From Candidatus Latescibacterota bacterium (GTDB lineage: Bacteria > Latescibacterota > UBA2968 > GCA-2709665), in the NCBI GenBank assembly GCA_965203805.1, contig OZ241917.1:1824001-1888000 (forward strand): a stretch of 64,000 bases of DNA, written 5' to 3'. The notes beneath the pieces were generated by a model. The model was not told the DNA's origin. It made no database searches and was given only the letters and a program-made list of their open reading frames with translations. Below are positions 9,351 to 17,611 of the stretch, piece after piece. Both the position numbers and the translations under genes were made by a program. Each line of letters opens with the position of its first letter. Within the stretch, counting starts at the first letter, position 1.

Positions 9351-10907
9351 ATGGCCGAAGCCACACCGGAACTTTTACAGCTGACCCGCAAAGACTTCGT
9401 TTCCGACCAGGAAGTCCGCTGGTGTCCGGGATGCGGGGACTACGCCATACTGGCGCAGATGCAGAGGGTGCTTCCCGAACTCGGTATTCCCCGGGAACAG
9501 ATCGTCTTCGTCTCCGGAATCGGTTGTTCCAGCCGCTTTCCGTATTATATGAACACCTATGGCGTGCACTCCATTCACGGACGCGCGCCGACCCTTGCCT
9601 CGGGCCTGAAGGTGGCCAATCCCGACCTGCACGTGTGGGTGATCACCGGGGACGGCGACGGCTTATCCATCGGCGGCAACCATCTGCTGCATATTCTGCG
9701 CAGGAACGTGGATGTGAACATCATTCTCTTCAACAACCGCATCTACGGCCTTACCAAGGGGCAATACTCGCCCACGTCGCTGCCGGGTCACAAGACCTAT
9801 TCTTCGCCGATGGGCTCCATCGAACAGTCGTTCAACCCCATCTCCGTTGCCATAGGCGCCGAGGCCACCTTCGTCGCGCGTTCCGTCGACCGGAATACCA
9901 AACACCTTGCGGAAATGCTCCGCCGGGCGGCCGCACACAAGGGCACGTCGTTTGTCGAGGTCTACCAGAACTGTAACATCTACAACGATGGCGCGTGGTT
10001 CCACATTACCGAAGCCGACGTCAAGGACGACAATACGTTAATTCTCGAACACGGTCAGCCGATGGTTTTCGGCAAGGCGCGGGACAAGGGCGTCCGGATG
10101 GATGATTTGCGTCCGGAAGTCGTGGCGCTGGGCAACGGCACTTCCGAAGACGACCTGCTGATGCACGACGAGTCCGCGGATCCGCCGGCGCTGGCTTACA
10201 TGCTGAGCCGCATGGAATATCCGGATTATCCAGTGCCCCTGGGGGTTCTCCGCTGCGTGGAACGACCTGTTTACGAGGAGGAAATCCTCGCACAGGGTCG
10301 CGCCGCCGTCACACAGCACGGGAAAGCAGATCTCTCCACACTCTATAATGCCGCCGATACCTGGATCGTATCGGAAGAGGACAGCGTGCCGGTCGAGCGG
10401 GACGTCGCGGAGGAAATCGAGACGGATATCCCGGATATCATTCCGGGAATCGGCGAAGAGGACCCAATAGACCCGAAGGGCGAATTCGAACGCCTCGTCA
10501 TCGATCCGATCTCCACGGTGAAACTCCACACGCCGGAATTCATCGCGCCGGGGGCCTCCATGCTCGAAGCCATGCTGCTGATGGAGGAAAAGGAAGCCGG
10601 CTGCCTTCTGGTTTCAGACGACGGCGTCACCCTTCAAGGCATCCTGGCCGAAGGGGACTTCTTCGTAAAGGTCGTGGGTAACGACATCGATCTGGCAACC
10701 ACGCGTGTTGAAGAGGTGATGACGTCCAATCCCATAACGATGAGATTGTCGGATCCCATCGGGTACGCGTTGCATCTGATGGACCTTCACGGCTACCGGC
10801 ATATCCCGGTCGTCGACCACGGCGGACGGGTCGTCAAGGTGGTGTCGTTCAGGGCGGCCCTCGAGTTCTTCACGCAACTCTACGACAACGGAGCAAACGG
10901 CAGCTGA
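9351..10907 (+). CDS. korB: 2-oxoacid:acceptor oxidoreductase beta subunit fused to a C-terminal CBS pair
   Basis: WCPGCGD, SGIGCSSR, HGRA and TPP-binding GDGD..SIGGNH; after an acidic linker GILAEGD, VMTSNP and GYRHIPVVD (CBS). Confidence 0.92.
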   Translation: MAEATPELLQLTRKDFVSDQEVRWCPGCGDYAILAQMQRVLPELGIPREQIVFVSGIGCSSRFPYYMNTYGVHSIHGRAPTLASGLKVANPDLHVWVITGDGDGLSIGGNHLLHILRRNVDVNIILFNNRIYGLTKGQYSPTSLPGHKTYSSPMGSIEQSFNPISVAIGAEATFVARSVDRNTKHLAEMLRRAAAHKGTSFVEVYQNCNIYNDGAWFHITEADVKDDNTLILEHGQPMVFGKARDKGVRMDDLRPEVVALGNGTSEDDLLMHDESADPPALAYMLSRMEYPDYPVPLGVLRCVERPVYEEEILAQGRAAVTQHGKADLSTLYNAADTWIVSEEDSVPVERDVAEEIETDIPDIIPGIGEEDPIDPKGEFERLVIDPISTVKLHTPEFIAPGASMLEAMLLMEEKEAGCLLVSDDGVTLQGILAEGDFFVKVVGNDIDLATTRVEEVMTSNPITMRLSDPIGYALHLMDLHGYRHIPVVDHGGRVVKVVSFRAALEFFTQLYDNGANGS

Positions 10908-10935
10908 TCGTCGTACCCGTTGAAGCTCAACGGAA

Positions 10936-10968
10936 AGGCCCCGGACATGCAGATCCGGGGCCTGTTTC
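10936..10968. terminator. Terminator-like hairpin after korB
   Basis: aggccccgga/tccggggcct 10-bp stem between convergent genes. Confidence 0.6.
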
Positions 10969-11049
10969 TCATGGCATGTTCGGGTTCCAGTGGGACGACG
11001 ACGATTGTGAACCCGCCCCACACGGCGCACGGCGCCCGCCCCGCCAGCT

Positions 11050-11514
11050 TCAATCGCTTCGCGGACGCATGTACACCACCTCCGCCACCAGGTCCTTCGG
11101 GAACTCATCCATCCTTTCCGGTCCCAGCCGCTCCACCTCCGCCAGCCCGTGTCTGATCATGCGTTTGAGCGCGCCGACGTCGACACCCAGAAACCCCGCG
11201 GGAAACTGCTTCAGCTTGAAGAATGAATTGTTGTAGTGCTTCACCGCTCCGTGATAGATTCCTCGTTGAATCTGATGATATGCCGCTGCGAGTTGGATCA
11301 GGCCCTGAAAGAAAATGCGGCTCGGCTCGGTATGCCGCCGCCACACCTGCTCCCAGGCCTCGTGGCTCTCCCAGTGCTCCCTTTTGTTGAAGAGGCGCAC
11401 GCCGTTCTCGAAGTCGGTCCAATCCTCCCGGGACATTACGGGCTCTACCACGTCCTCGGGGTTGATCCGATACGCCGGCTTCATCCGTGCTGTTTTCAGG
11501 TCAGACCTTGACAC
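11050..11514 (-). CDS. DUF309 family protein
   Basis: G..LFN...WESHEAWEQVW.....FFQGLIQLAAA..H signature. Confidence 0.9.
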   Translation of the reverse strand: MSRSDLKTARMKPAYRINPEDVVEPVMSREDWTDFENGVRLFNKREHWESHEAWEQVWRRHTEPSRIFFQGLIQLAAAYHQIQRGIYHGAVKHYNNSFFKLKQFPAGFLGVDVGALKRMIRHGLAEVERLGPERMDEFPKDLVAEVVYMRPRSD

Positions 11515-11517
11515 GAT

Positions 11518-12255
11518 TCAATCTCCAGCCTGGACATCAAGCATCGTCTCCAATGCGACAAGATGCGCCCGGACGCGCACCTCCATCGCCAGCGCGGACG
11601 GCGTCTCGGACGTAATCAGACGATCGGTATACTTCTGATTGAACAGGACAATGGGCACACCTCCGCCCAGGCGCCGCTTCTCTACCTCTGGATTCGGAAA
11701 TATCACGCCGTTCAACGCAGTTTCGCCCTCAATTTCCGATTGTGTATTCAGCGGACAGACCCCGGACACCTGTTTCGTAATCGGGGGTCCTGCGGGCGCC
11801 AGTCCGCGCACCTGCTCGTAAAGATAATACCCCGGACTCTCCCAGTCTTCGTGCAGGTCCATTACCGCCGCAAACGTCCTCCCGCGAATAAACCGCTTTA
11901 AAAGGCCGATTTCCGGAACGTCGTCACGGAGAAATGCCCAGTTGATGTCCACGTCCTGCCCATTCAATCGGGTACTGTGAACATATCCGTAGGGATTCAA
12001 GCAGGGTATTACGAAAAACCGGAATTTATCCAGCCATTGCTCGCAGCCCGTCTCCATAAAAGCCAGAGCCCCCTCGGTTCCGGCGGGTTCGTCACCGTGG
12101 GTTCCGCCGTTGACGTAAACCGCGGGCAGCGACGGGTCCGAATCAGCGGATACACAATGGACAGGATTTCCGTCTATCCGGCCCAGTTCCTCGACACGGA
12201 GACCCTTGCACGAAAGCGCTTCGATGCGCTTAACGACTTCATTGTAGTCACGCAT
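11518..12255 (-). CDS. M14 zinc carboxypeptidase / AstE-AspA-like protein
   Basis: HGDEPAG, PCLNPYG, DIN, DLHE and ETP motifs. Confidence 0.85.
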   Translation of the reverse strand: MRDYNEVVKRIEALSCKGLRVEELGRIDGNPVHCVSADSDPSLPAVYVNGGTHGDEPAGTEGALAFMETGCEQWLDKFRFFVIPCLNPYGYVHSTRLNGQDVDINWAFLRDDVPEIGLLKRFIRGRTFAAVMDLHEDWESPGYYLYEQVRGLAPAGPPITKQVSGVCPLNTQSEIEGETALNGVIFPNPEVEKRRLGGGVPIVLFNQKYTDRLITSETPSALAMEVRVRAHLVALETMLDVQAGD

Positions 12256-12309
12256 CTGATCTTACCCTATCCCTGACTGCGGACACCAGCTTTCCGTTTG
12301 TTGCGCGTC

Positions 12310-13629
12310 TCAGGCAAACATCTCCCTGCCGAGCGTAATGCCGTGCGCCGTTACCGGGTCTTCTGTCCTCCCGACCCGCGCCAGCCGTCGCGATAGTTCC
12401 GAGGCCAGCAATTCACCCATATCCCGCGTCTTTTCCGGCAGCTCACTCGCCAGATTGCACTGTTCCGCCGGGTCGTTGTTCAGATCATACAGCTCCCGCA
12501 TTGGATTACCGTAAAAGTCCGGCTCCCGTGCGGCGATCAGTTTCCATCCGCCTTCGCACACAGCCCACTTGGCCATCCAGGTGCATTCCTGTGTGAGCAG
12601 CAGTTCTCCGTCTCTGTCTTCCGCGCCGCCCCGGATGAGCGGGAGCACGGACCGTCCGTCCATCCCGTGCGGAACCGGCAGACCGGCGCCGTCCAGGATC
12701 GTCGGCGCCAGATCCGTGTGTTGAACCAGTGACCGGATGCGGGTTCCATTGACTTCAGCACCAGGCCAGCGCACAATCAGCGGTACGCGGATATCGCTCT
12801 CGTACAATCCATGGTGATCGAAGTAGATGCCGTGTTCACCCAGTTCTTCGCCGTGGTCGCTGAAAATGAACACCGCGGTGTCTTCGGCGAAACCCAACTC
12901 GTCAAGCGCTCCCAGCAACTCCCGGATTCCATCGTCCACGCACCTCACCTCGGCATCGTACTGGCTGCGCACGAATTCGATATCGGTGATCTGGTCCCCC
13001 GCCGCGTAAGGCCACTCGGACGCCATCCGCCCGAGCCAGCCGGACGTCCACCAGGTCCTCAGGGGTCGCCGGTAGAAGCCGTCGAGGCTGCCTCTGTTTT
13101 CAACCGTCGGGTCGCCGGAATAAAAGAGGTCCCTATACCGTCCGGGCGGCATATACGGCGTGTGCGGATCCCAATAGTGGACGAAAAGAAAAAATGGCTC
13201 GTGGCCGCGGGCTCGCAGCCACTCGATGGCAAGCTCATTGAACCGAAAGCACTCTGGATAACTTCCCGCCTCCCTCGGATTCAGACAGACGTCGAACCCC
13301 CGCGAAAACCAGGGTTTGTGATGCTCTGCCAGATTGTCTATCGCAGCCGTGGCGTACCCGGCCCGTTGCAGGTATTCCGGCAGGAACGGCGAACCTTCGT
13401 CCAGAGACCAGCGGCCCCGGTGCGCCACGATCCCGTGCGTGGTCGGCCACTGTCCGGTGAACATGGTCGTAAATGAAGGCTGCGTCGGAATCGAGGGCGC
13501 ATAGCAGTTGTCAAATACCGCAGATTGACCTGCAACGGTGTCGATGAACGGCGTGGTGGGCCGGTCATATCCGTAGCATCCGAGTCGATCGGCTCGCAGG
13601 CTGTCGACCGCGACAATCAGGAAATTCAT
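12310..13629 (-). CDS. Sulfatase-like AlkP-superfamily hydrolase (Thr at the nucleophile position)
   Basis: VDSLRADRLGCYG, PTQPSFTTMFTG, HYWDPH, SDHGE and ELYDL..DP.E. Confidence 0.9.
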   Translation of the reverse strand: MNFLIVAVDSLRADRLGCYGYDRPTTPFIDTVAGQSAVFDNCYAPSIPTQPSFTTMFTGQWPTTHGIVAHRGRWSLDEGSPFLPEYLQRAGYATAAIDNLAEHHKPWFSRGFDVCLNPREAGSYPECFRFNELAIEWLRARGHEPFFLFVHYWDPHTPYMPPGRYRDLFYSGDPTVENRGSLDGFYRRPLRTWWTSGWLGRMASEWPYAAGDQITDIEFVRSQYDAEVRCVDDGIRELLGALDELGFAEDTAVFIFSDHGEELGEHGIYFDHHGLYESDIRVPLIVRWPGAEVNGTRIRSLVQHTDLAPTILDGAGLPVPHGMDGRSVLPLIRGGAEDRDGELLLTQECTWMAKWAVCEGGWKLIAAREPDFYGNPMRELYDLNNDPAEQCNLASELPEKTRDMGELLASELSRRLARVGRTEDPVTAHGITLGREMFA

Positions 13630-13699
13630 CCGCACACCTTCACGATAGACCAAAACGAACGTAGCAACCCGGGGGACGATTTTTTCACTTCGCCTCCCG

Positions 13700-13903
13700 T
13701 CAGTCCGCCCGAACCACCCAATCCTCGAATTCCAAGCCTTCGGACAGTTGCCAGGCCGTAAGGTAAAGCGACGCGGTAAACTTCACCGCCTCCCGCGCAC
13801 GTTCCAGTCCGAAGGCCACCACATCGGGAACCGGCGTCCACTCGCCCTCTCCCGCGGGCGGCATTCGGTCCGCCAGGCCATACTCGGACTTGTGAATTCG
13901 AAG
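13700..13903 (-). pseudogene. Possible 5'-truncated gene remnant next to selC
   Basis: Open frame (ATG at 13864) encoding ...ERAREAVKFTASLYLTAWQLSEGLEFEDWVVRAD*; protein-like amphipathic helix, no RBS. Confidence 0.4.
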
Positions 13904-13929
13904 TTACATCGCCGCGTCGTTTTTGTCAA
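13901..13929 (-). promoter_or_regulatory. Putative sigma70 promoter
   Basis: TTGACA-17 nt-TAACTT; its spacer shares aaaac......ggcgatg with the promoter at 21870-21898. Confidence 0.5.
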
Positions 13930-13936
13930 CGTCAGG

Positions 13937-13972
13937 AAAAGAAGCGGAGGCCCCGTGCGAGACCTCCGCTTC
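13937..13972 (-). terminator. Rho-independent terminator of selC
   Basis: gaagcggagg/cctccgcttc 10-bp stem followed by a T-run on the minus strand. Confidence 0.7.
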
Positions 13973-13978
13973 CGATTG

Positions 13979-14076
13979 TGGCGGGAATGTGTGGGAATCG
14001 AACCCACCCAGCGTGTGATTAGCACGCCGCAACGGGTTTGAAGCCCGCGAGGGCCACCAGTGCCCCATCCACTCCC
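13979..14076 (-). tRNA. selC: tRNA-Sec (anticodon UCA)
   Basis: 98 nt; GGGAGUG/CAUUCCC acceptor stem, GCGGG-CUUCAAA-CCCGU anticodon arm, long variable arm, GUGGG-UUCGAUU-CCCAC T arm, GCCA end; directly after selB. Confidence 0.97.
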
Positions 14077-14208
14077 GCACGAAAAGCAGGCTGCCGGCAG
14101 TCGCGGCATCCTGATGTGTTGTTCGTCAAAACCGGTACCAACAATCGAAATGCTGTCAAAGACTCCGGGGGCGCCGGGCGACTCGATCCCGGATTCGGAC
14201 GTCAGCGT

Positions 14209-16107
14209 TTACCCGGCGACCACCCTGACGTCGCCCTTCCTCACAGTGACGCCTTTATTGTCGAAATAGTTCAACAGTGGAACGGCATATTTTCGCGTGG
14301 TGCCCACCAGATCCCGAAACGCCGAAACACTCAATTCCCGGTTCCGGTGAAGGTATCCCAGGAGCCTCTGTTCGATCTCCTCCAGCGTGCGCGGAGGAAA
14401 CATCAGATTCTCGTCGAGCCTGATAATCTCCCCCATCGCCTGCATCGCGGCCGCAACAGCGTAAATTTCCGCGGCATCCTCTGTCAGATGCGCGCCGATC
14501 TCGGTCAGATCGGGCGGGGCCGCCTGCCCCGCCCGGAGAAGCTCCAGTATCTCCTGTCTGATCCGGCGCTGTTCCCCCGAAAAGCGGATCCGGTGATCGT
14601 CCCTGCGCAGGAGGGGGCCCGCGGCGACCAACACTTTCTGAGAGAGCAGATGTTCGACGGCATGCTCAAACGACCCTGCCGGAGGCACGGGCGCCACCCG
14701 CTGCCGAAGTTCGCTGCGGGAAACCCCCGCTTTCAGTGGATTGGACCGGTGGAAGCCAGACAACGCGTCCCCGATTAACCGCAGCAGCGAGTGCCACGAG
14801 TCCGTATGCACATAGACGTCCTCTCCCGCTCGGCGAAAGCCCAATGCTTCACCTTCTCCCAGCAAAACCCTCAGGCGATCGCCTGTCTCGGAAAGAGAGA
14901 GACCCATCGCCGCCGCCAGGTCGCTTGCGGAAACGGCCCGGAATCCCGCCGTCTTGAGCCGCATGCTCATCACCCGGGTCGGATCCTCCACTTCAAATTC
15001 GCGCAGTCTCTCCAGCGTGTCTGCACGCAAGCGGCGATGCTTCACCGGTTGCGTATCCAGCACGACCCCGCCCCCGAGCGTCTGAACGGGCGAGTAACGC
15101 CTGATCACGAATCGGTCTCCCCTGGCGGCCACACCGCGGCCTTCAAGGCGGAACTGTACCAGCTGGGATTCGCCGGGTTGCAGTTCGTCTGCTTCCAGAA
15201 GAATCACTCGCGCCAGCACGTCGCGAGGTCCGAGGTGAAGATGCACACGTGCGCGGTTTTTCAGTGTCACAGGCGCATCCTTCAGCAGCCGCAGTCGTGC
15301 GTCGAGCATAAAAGTGGAACTGAAATAGCCCTGCTGCGCCAGCAGATCGCCCCGCGTCACCTGGTCCACTTCCACGTCGGCCAGATTGACCGCCGCGCGA
15401 TGGCCGACGCGGGCGGTATCCACGTCTCTGCCATGCACCTGCATGCCGCGCACCCGTACGGGCCGGTCGGCCGGCTGAAGCATCACCAGGTCTTTCACCC
15501 CTACCTGGCCGGACAGTACGGTACCGGTCACGACCGTGCCGAATCCCCGGACCGAGAAGACCCGGTCCACGGGCAGCCGGAACACCCCGCCATCCGGGCG
15601 TTCCCGGACCTTCCCGATTTCCTCCTCCAGCATTGTCCGAAGCGTATCTATCCCCTCCCCGGTCACCGCGGACACCGGCACGATCGGCGCGCCATCCAGA
15701 AACGTGCCTTCAAAGAGGTCGCGCAGGTCCTCCTCCACCAGGTCCGCCCAATCCTGTTCCACCAGATCGACTTTGTTGAGCGCGACGACACCCTGCCGCA
15801 CGCCCAGGAGGTTCAGGATGCCCAGATGTTCGCGTGTCTGGGGCATGGCCCCGTCGTCCGCCGCGACCACAAACAGCGCGAGATCCACCGTACATACGCC
15901 TGTCACCATATTCTTCACAAATCGTTCGTGACCGGGCACGTCTATTATTGTGACATGGTCCTTCCAGTATGCGAATCCGATATCGATCGTCACCCCGCGG
16001 TCCTTCTCTTGCGGGAGCGTATCGGTATCGATGCCCGTAAGCGCCTTGATCAGCGCGGTTTTGCCATGGTCGATATGACCTGCCGTGCCGATGATCACGT
16101 GTGACAT
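14209..16107 (-). CDS. selB: Selenocysteine-specific elongation factor SelB
   Basis: [23 protein letters not shown] and C-terminal winged-helix [12 protein letters not shown]. Confidence 0.97.
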   Translation of the reverse strand: MSHVIIGTAGHIDHGKTALIKALTGIDTDTLPQEKDRGVTIDIGFAYWKDHVTIIDVPGHERFVKNMVTGVCTVDLALFVVAADDGAMPQTREHLGILNLLGVRQGVVALNKVDLVEQDWADLVEEDLRDLFEGTFLDGAPIVPVSAVTGEGIDTLRTMLEEEIGKVRERPDGGVFRLPVDRVFSVRGFGTVVTGTVLSGQVGVKDLVMLQPADRPVRVRGMQVHGRDVDTARVGHRAAVNLADVEVDQVTRGDLLAQQGYFSSTFMLDARLRLLKDAPVTLKNRARVHLHLGPRDVLARVILLEADELQPGESQLVQFRLEGRGVAARGDRFVIRRYSPVQTLGGGVVLDTQPVKHRRLRADTLERLREFEVEDPTRVMSMRLKTAGFRAVSASDLAAAMGLSLSETGDRLRVLLGEGEALGFRRAGEDVYVHTDSWHSLLRLIGDALSGFHRSNPLKAGVSRSELRQRVAPVPPAGSFEHAVEHLLSQKVLVAAGPLLRRDDHRIRFSGEQRRIRQEILELLRAGQAAPPDLTEIGAHLTEDAAEIYAVAAAMQAMGEIIRLDENLMFPPRTLEEIEQRLLGYLHRNRELSVSAFRDLVGTTRKYAVPLLNYFDNKGVTVRKGDVRVVAG

Positions 16108-17522
16108 GATACTGGCTCCGCACCATCCCCCACCGCGCGGCGAAGCGCGGCCTCAACGTGACGCAATTCGTCTGCGGCCACCGTCCGCAAATCAAGAAAC
16201 AGACAATCGTCCCGCACATATCCGATGACCGGCGGGTCGTTCGCGCGCAAACGCGCGGCCAGGCCGGTTACGGAACCACCGATGCGCGTGACGCGCAGCG
16301 CCGCGCTGGGGATCTCCTCAAGCGGCATGGCGCCGCTTCCGGTCTGGGCGACTGAATCCACCAGTTCAATTCGCAAGTCCCGCAGCTGGCTCAGCCGGGA
16401 CAGGCTCCGCCGGCCCCGACGCTTCAGCGACGCCACAGGCGCGGTCAGCATCGCAAGCGTGGGATGCGCCCGCAATAAATCCTTCGGGTTCAGGAAGAGT
16501 CTCAACGTGGCGGCCAGCGCGGCGTACGTCATCTTCCCGCACCGCAGCGCCCGCATCAGCGGGTTCCTGCGGATCTTCTCAATAGCGTCTCGCCTGCCCA
16601 CCAGAATTCCCGCCTGGGGGCCGCCCAACACCTTGTCCGCGCTGAAGGTTACCACGTCGGCGCCCGCCGCGACGCTGTCCGATACCAGGGGCTCGTGGGG
16701 CAGACCGAACGCTCCCATGTCCACCAGAGCCCCACCGCCCAGGTCGTGGACCACGGCCACGCCGCGCCGGTTGCCCAGCGCAACCAGGTCCGCCAGTGAA
16801 ACCGCGGCCGTAAAGCCCATGACCCTGTAATTGCTCGGGTGCACCGCCAGCATCAGACCGGCGCGATCGGTCAGGGCCGCCTCGAAGTCCCGCAGATGGG
16901 TCCGGTTTGTCGTGCCGACCTCGACCATCGCCGCGCCGCTGCGCGCCATGATTTCCGGGATGCGAAAGGACCCTCCGATTTCGATCAGTTCGCCACGCGA
17001 GACGAGCGCTTCTTTTCCCAGGCATAGCGTATTCAGGGTCAACAATACGGCGGCGGCGTTGTTGTTGACCACGGCTGCCGCATCGGCGCCCGTCAGCGTG
17101 CACAACAATTCCTCAACCAGCGCCGTCCGGGACCCGCGTCTTCCGCTCTCAAGGTCCACTTCCAGATTGCTGTACCCCGCGGCAACGCCGGCCACCGCAC
17201 GGACCGCCGCATTCGCCAGCGGTGCGCGTCCGAGATTCGTATGCAGCACGATTCCCGTGGCATTGACGACCCGCTTGAGACCGGGGACGGTGATGCGCGC
17301 AACACGCAGGCCGACCTGGCGAACCACCCGAGCCACGAGCGCATCCCGGGACTCGCCGATCGCTTCGCCGCCACGCATCGCCTCCCGGACGGCGTCGACT
17401 CCCTCGCGCACGAAACGTGCGACCATCGGCCGCTCGCAATGTTCGCAAAGCGCCCGTACGTCGGGCTCTTCCAGCACCGCGTCGACCGAAGGTATCAGTG
17501 AAAAGTCGGCGTGTTCCGCCAT
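16095..17522 (-). CDS. selA: L-seryl-tRNA(Sec) selenium transferase
   Basis: INATG-like VNATGIVLHTNLGRAPL, NNNAAA, SRGELIEIGGSFRIP and PLP-lysine FSADK.LGGPQAG. Confidence 0.97.
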   Translation of the reverse strand: MAEHADFSLIPSVDAVLEEPDVRALCEHCERPMVARFVREGVDAVREAMRGGEAIGESRDALVARVVRQVGLRVARITVPGLKRVVNATGIVLHTNLGRAPLANAAVRAVAGVAAGYSNLEVDLESGRRGSRTALVEELLCTLTGADAAAVVNNNAAAVLLTLNTLCLGKEALVSRGELIEIGGSFRIPEIMARSGAAMVEVGTTNRTHLRDFEAALTDRAGLMLAVHPSNYRVMGFTAAVSLADLVALGNRRGVAVVHDLGGGALVDMGAFGLPHEPLVSDSVAAGADVVTFSADKVLGGPQAGILVGRRDAIEKIRRNPLMRALRCGKMTYAALAATLRLFLNPKDLLRAHPTLAMLTAPVASLKRRGRRSLSRLSQLRDLRIELVDSVAQTGSGAMPLEEIPSAALRVTRIGGSVTGLAARLRANDPPVIGYVRDDCLFLDLRTVAADELRHVEAALRRAVGDGAEPVSCHT

Positions 17523-17611
17523 GTTGCTCCCGACTACGGACGCGACACACAATGCCCGTCGCGGAATTTCGCGCGGGCGGTAACGATCACAATACGCCGG
17601 GCCCTTCGATG

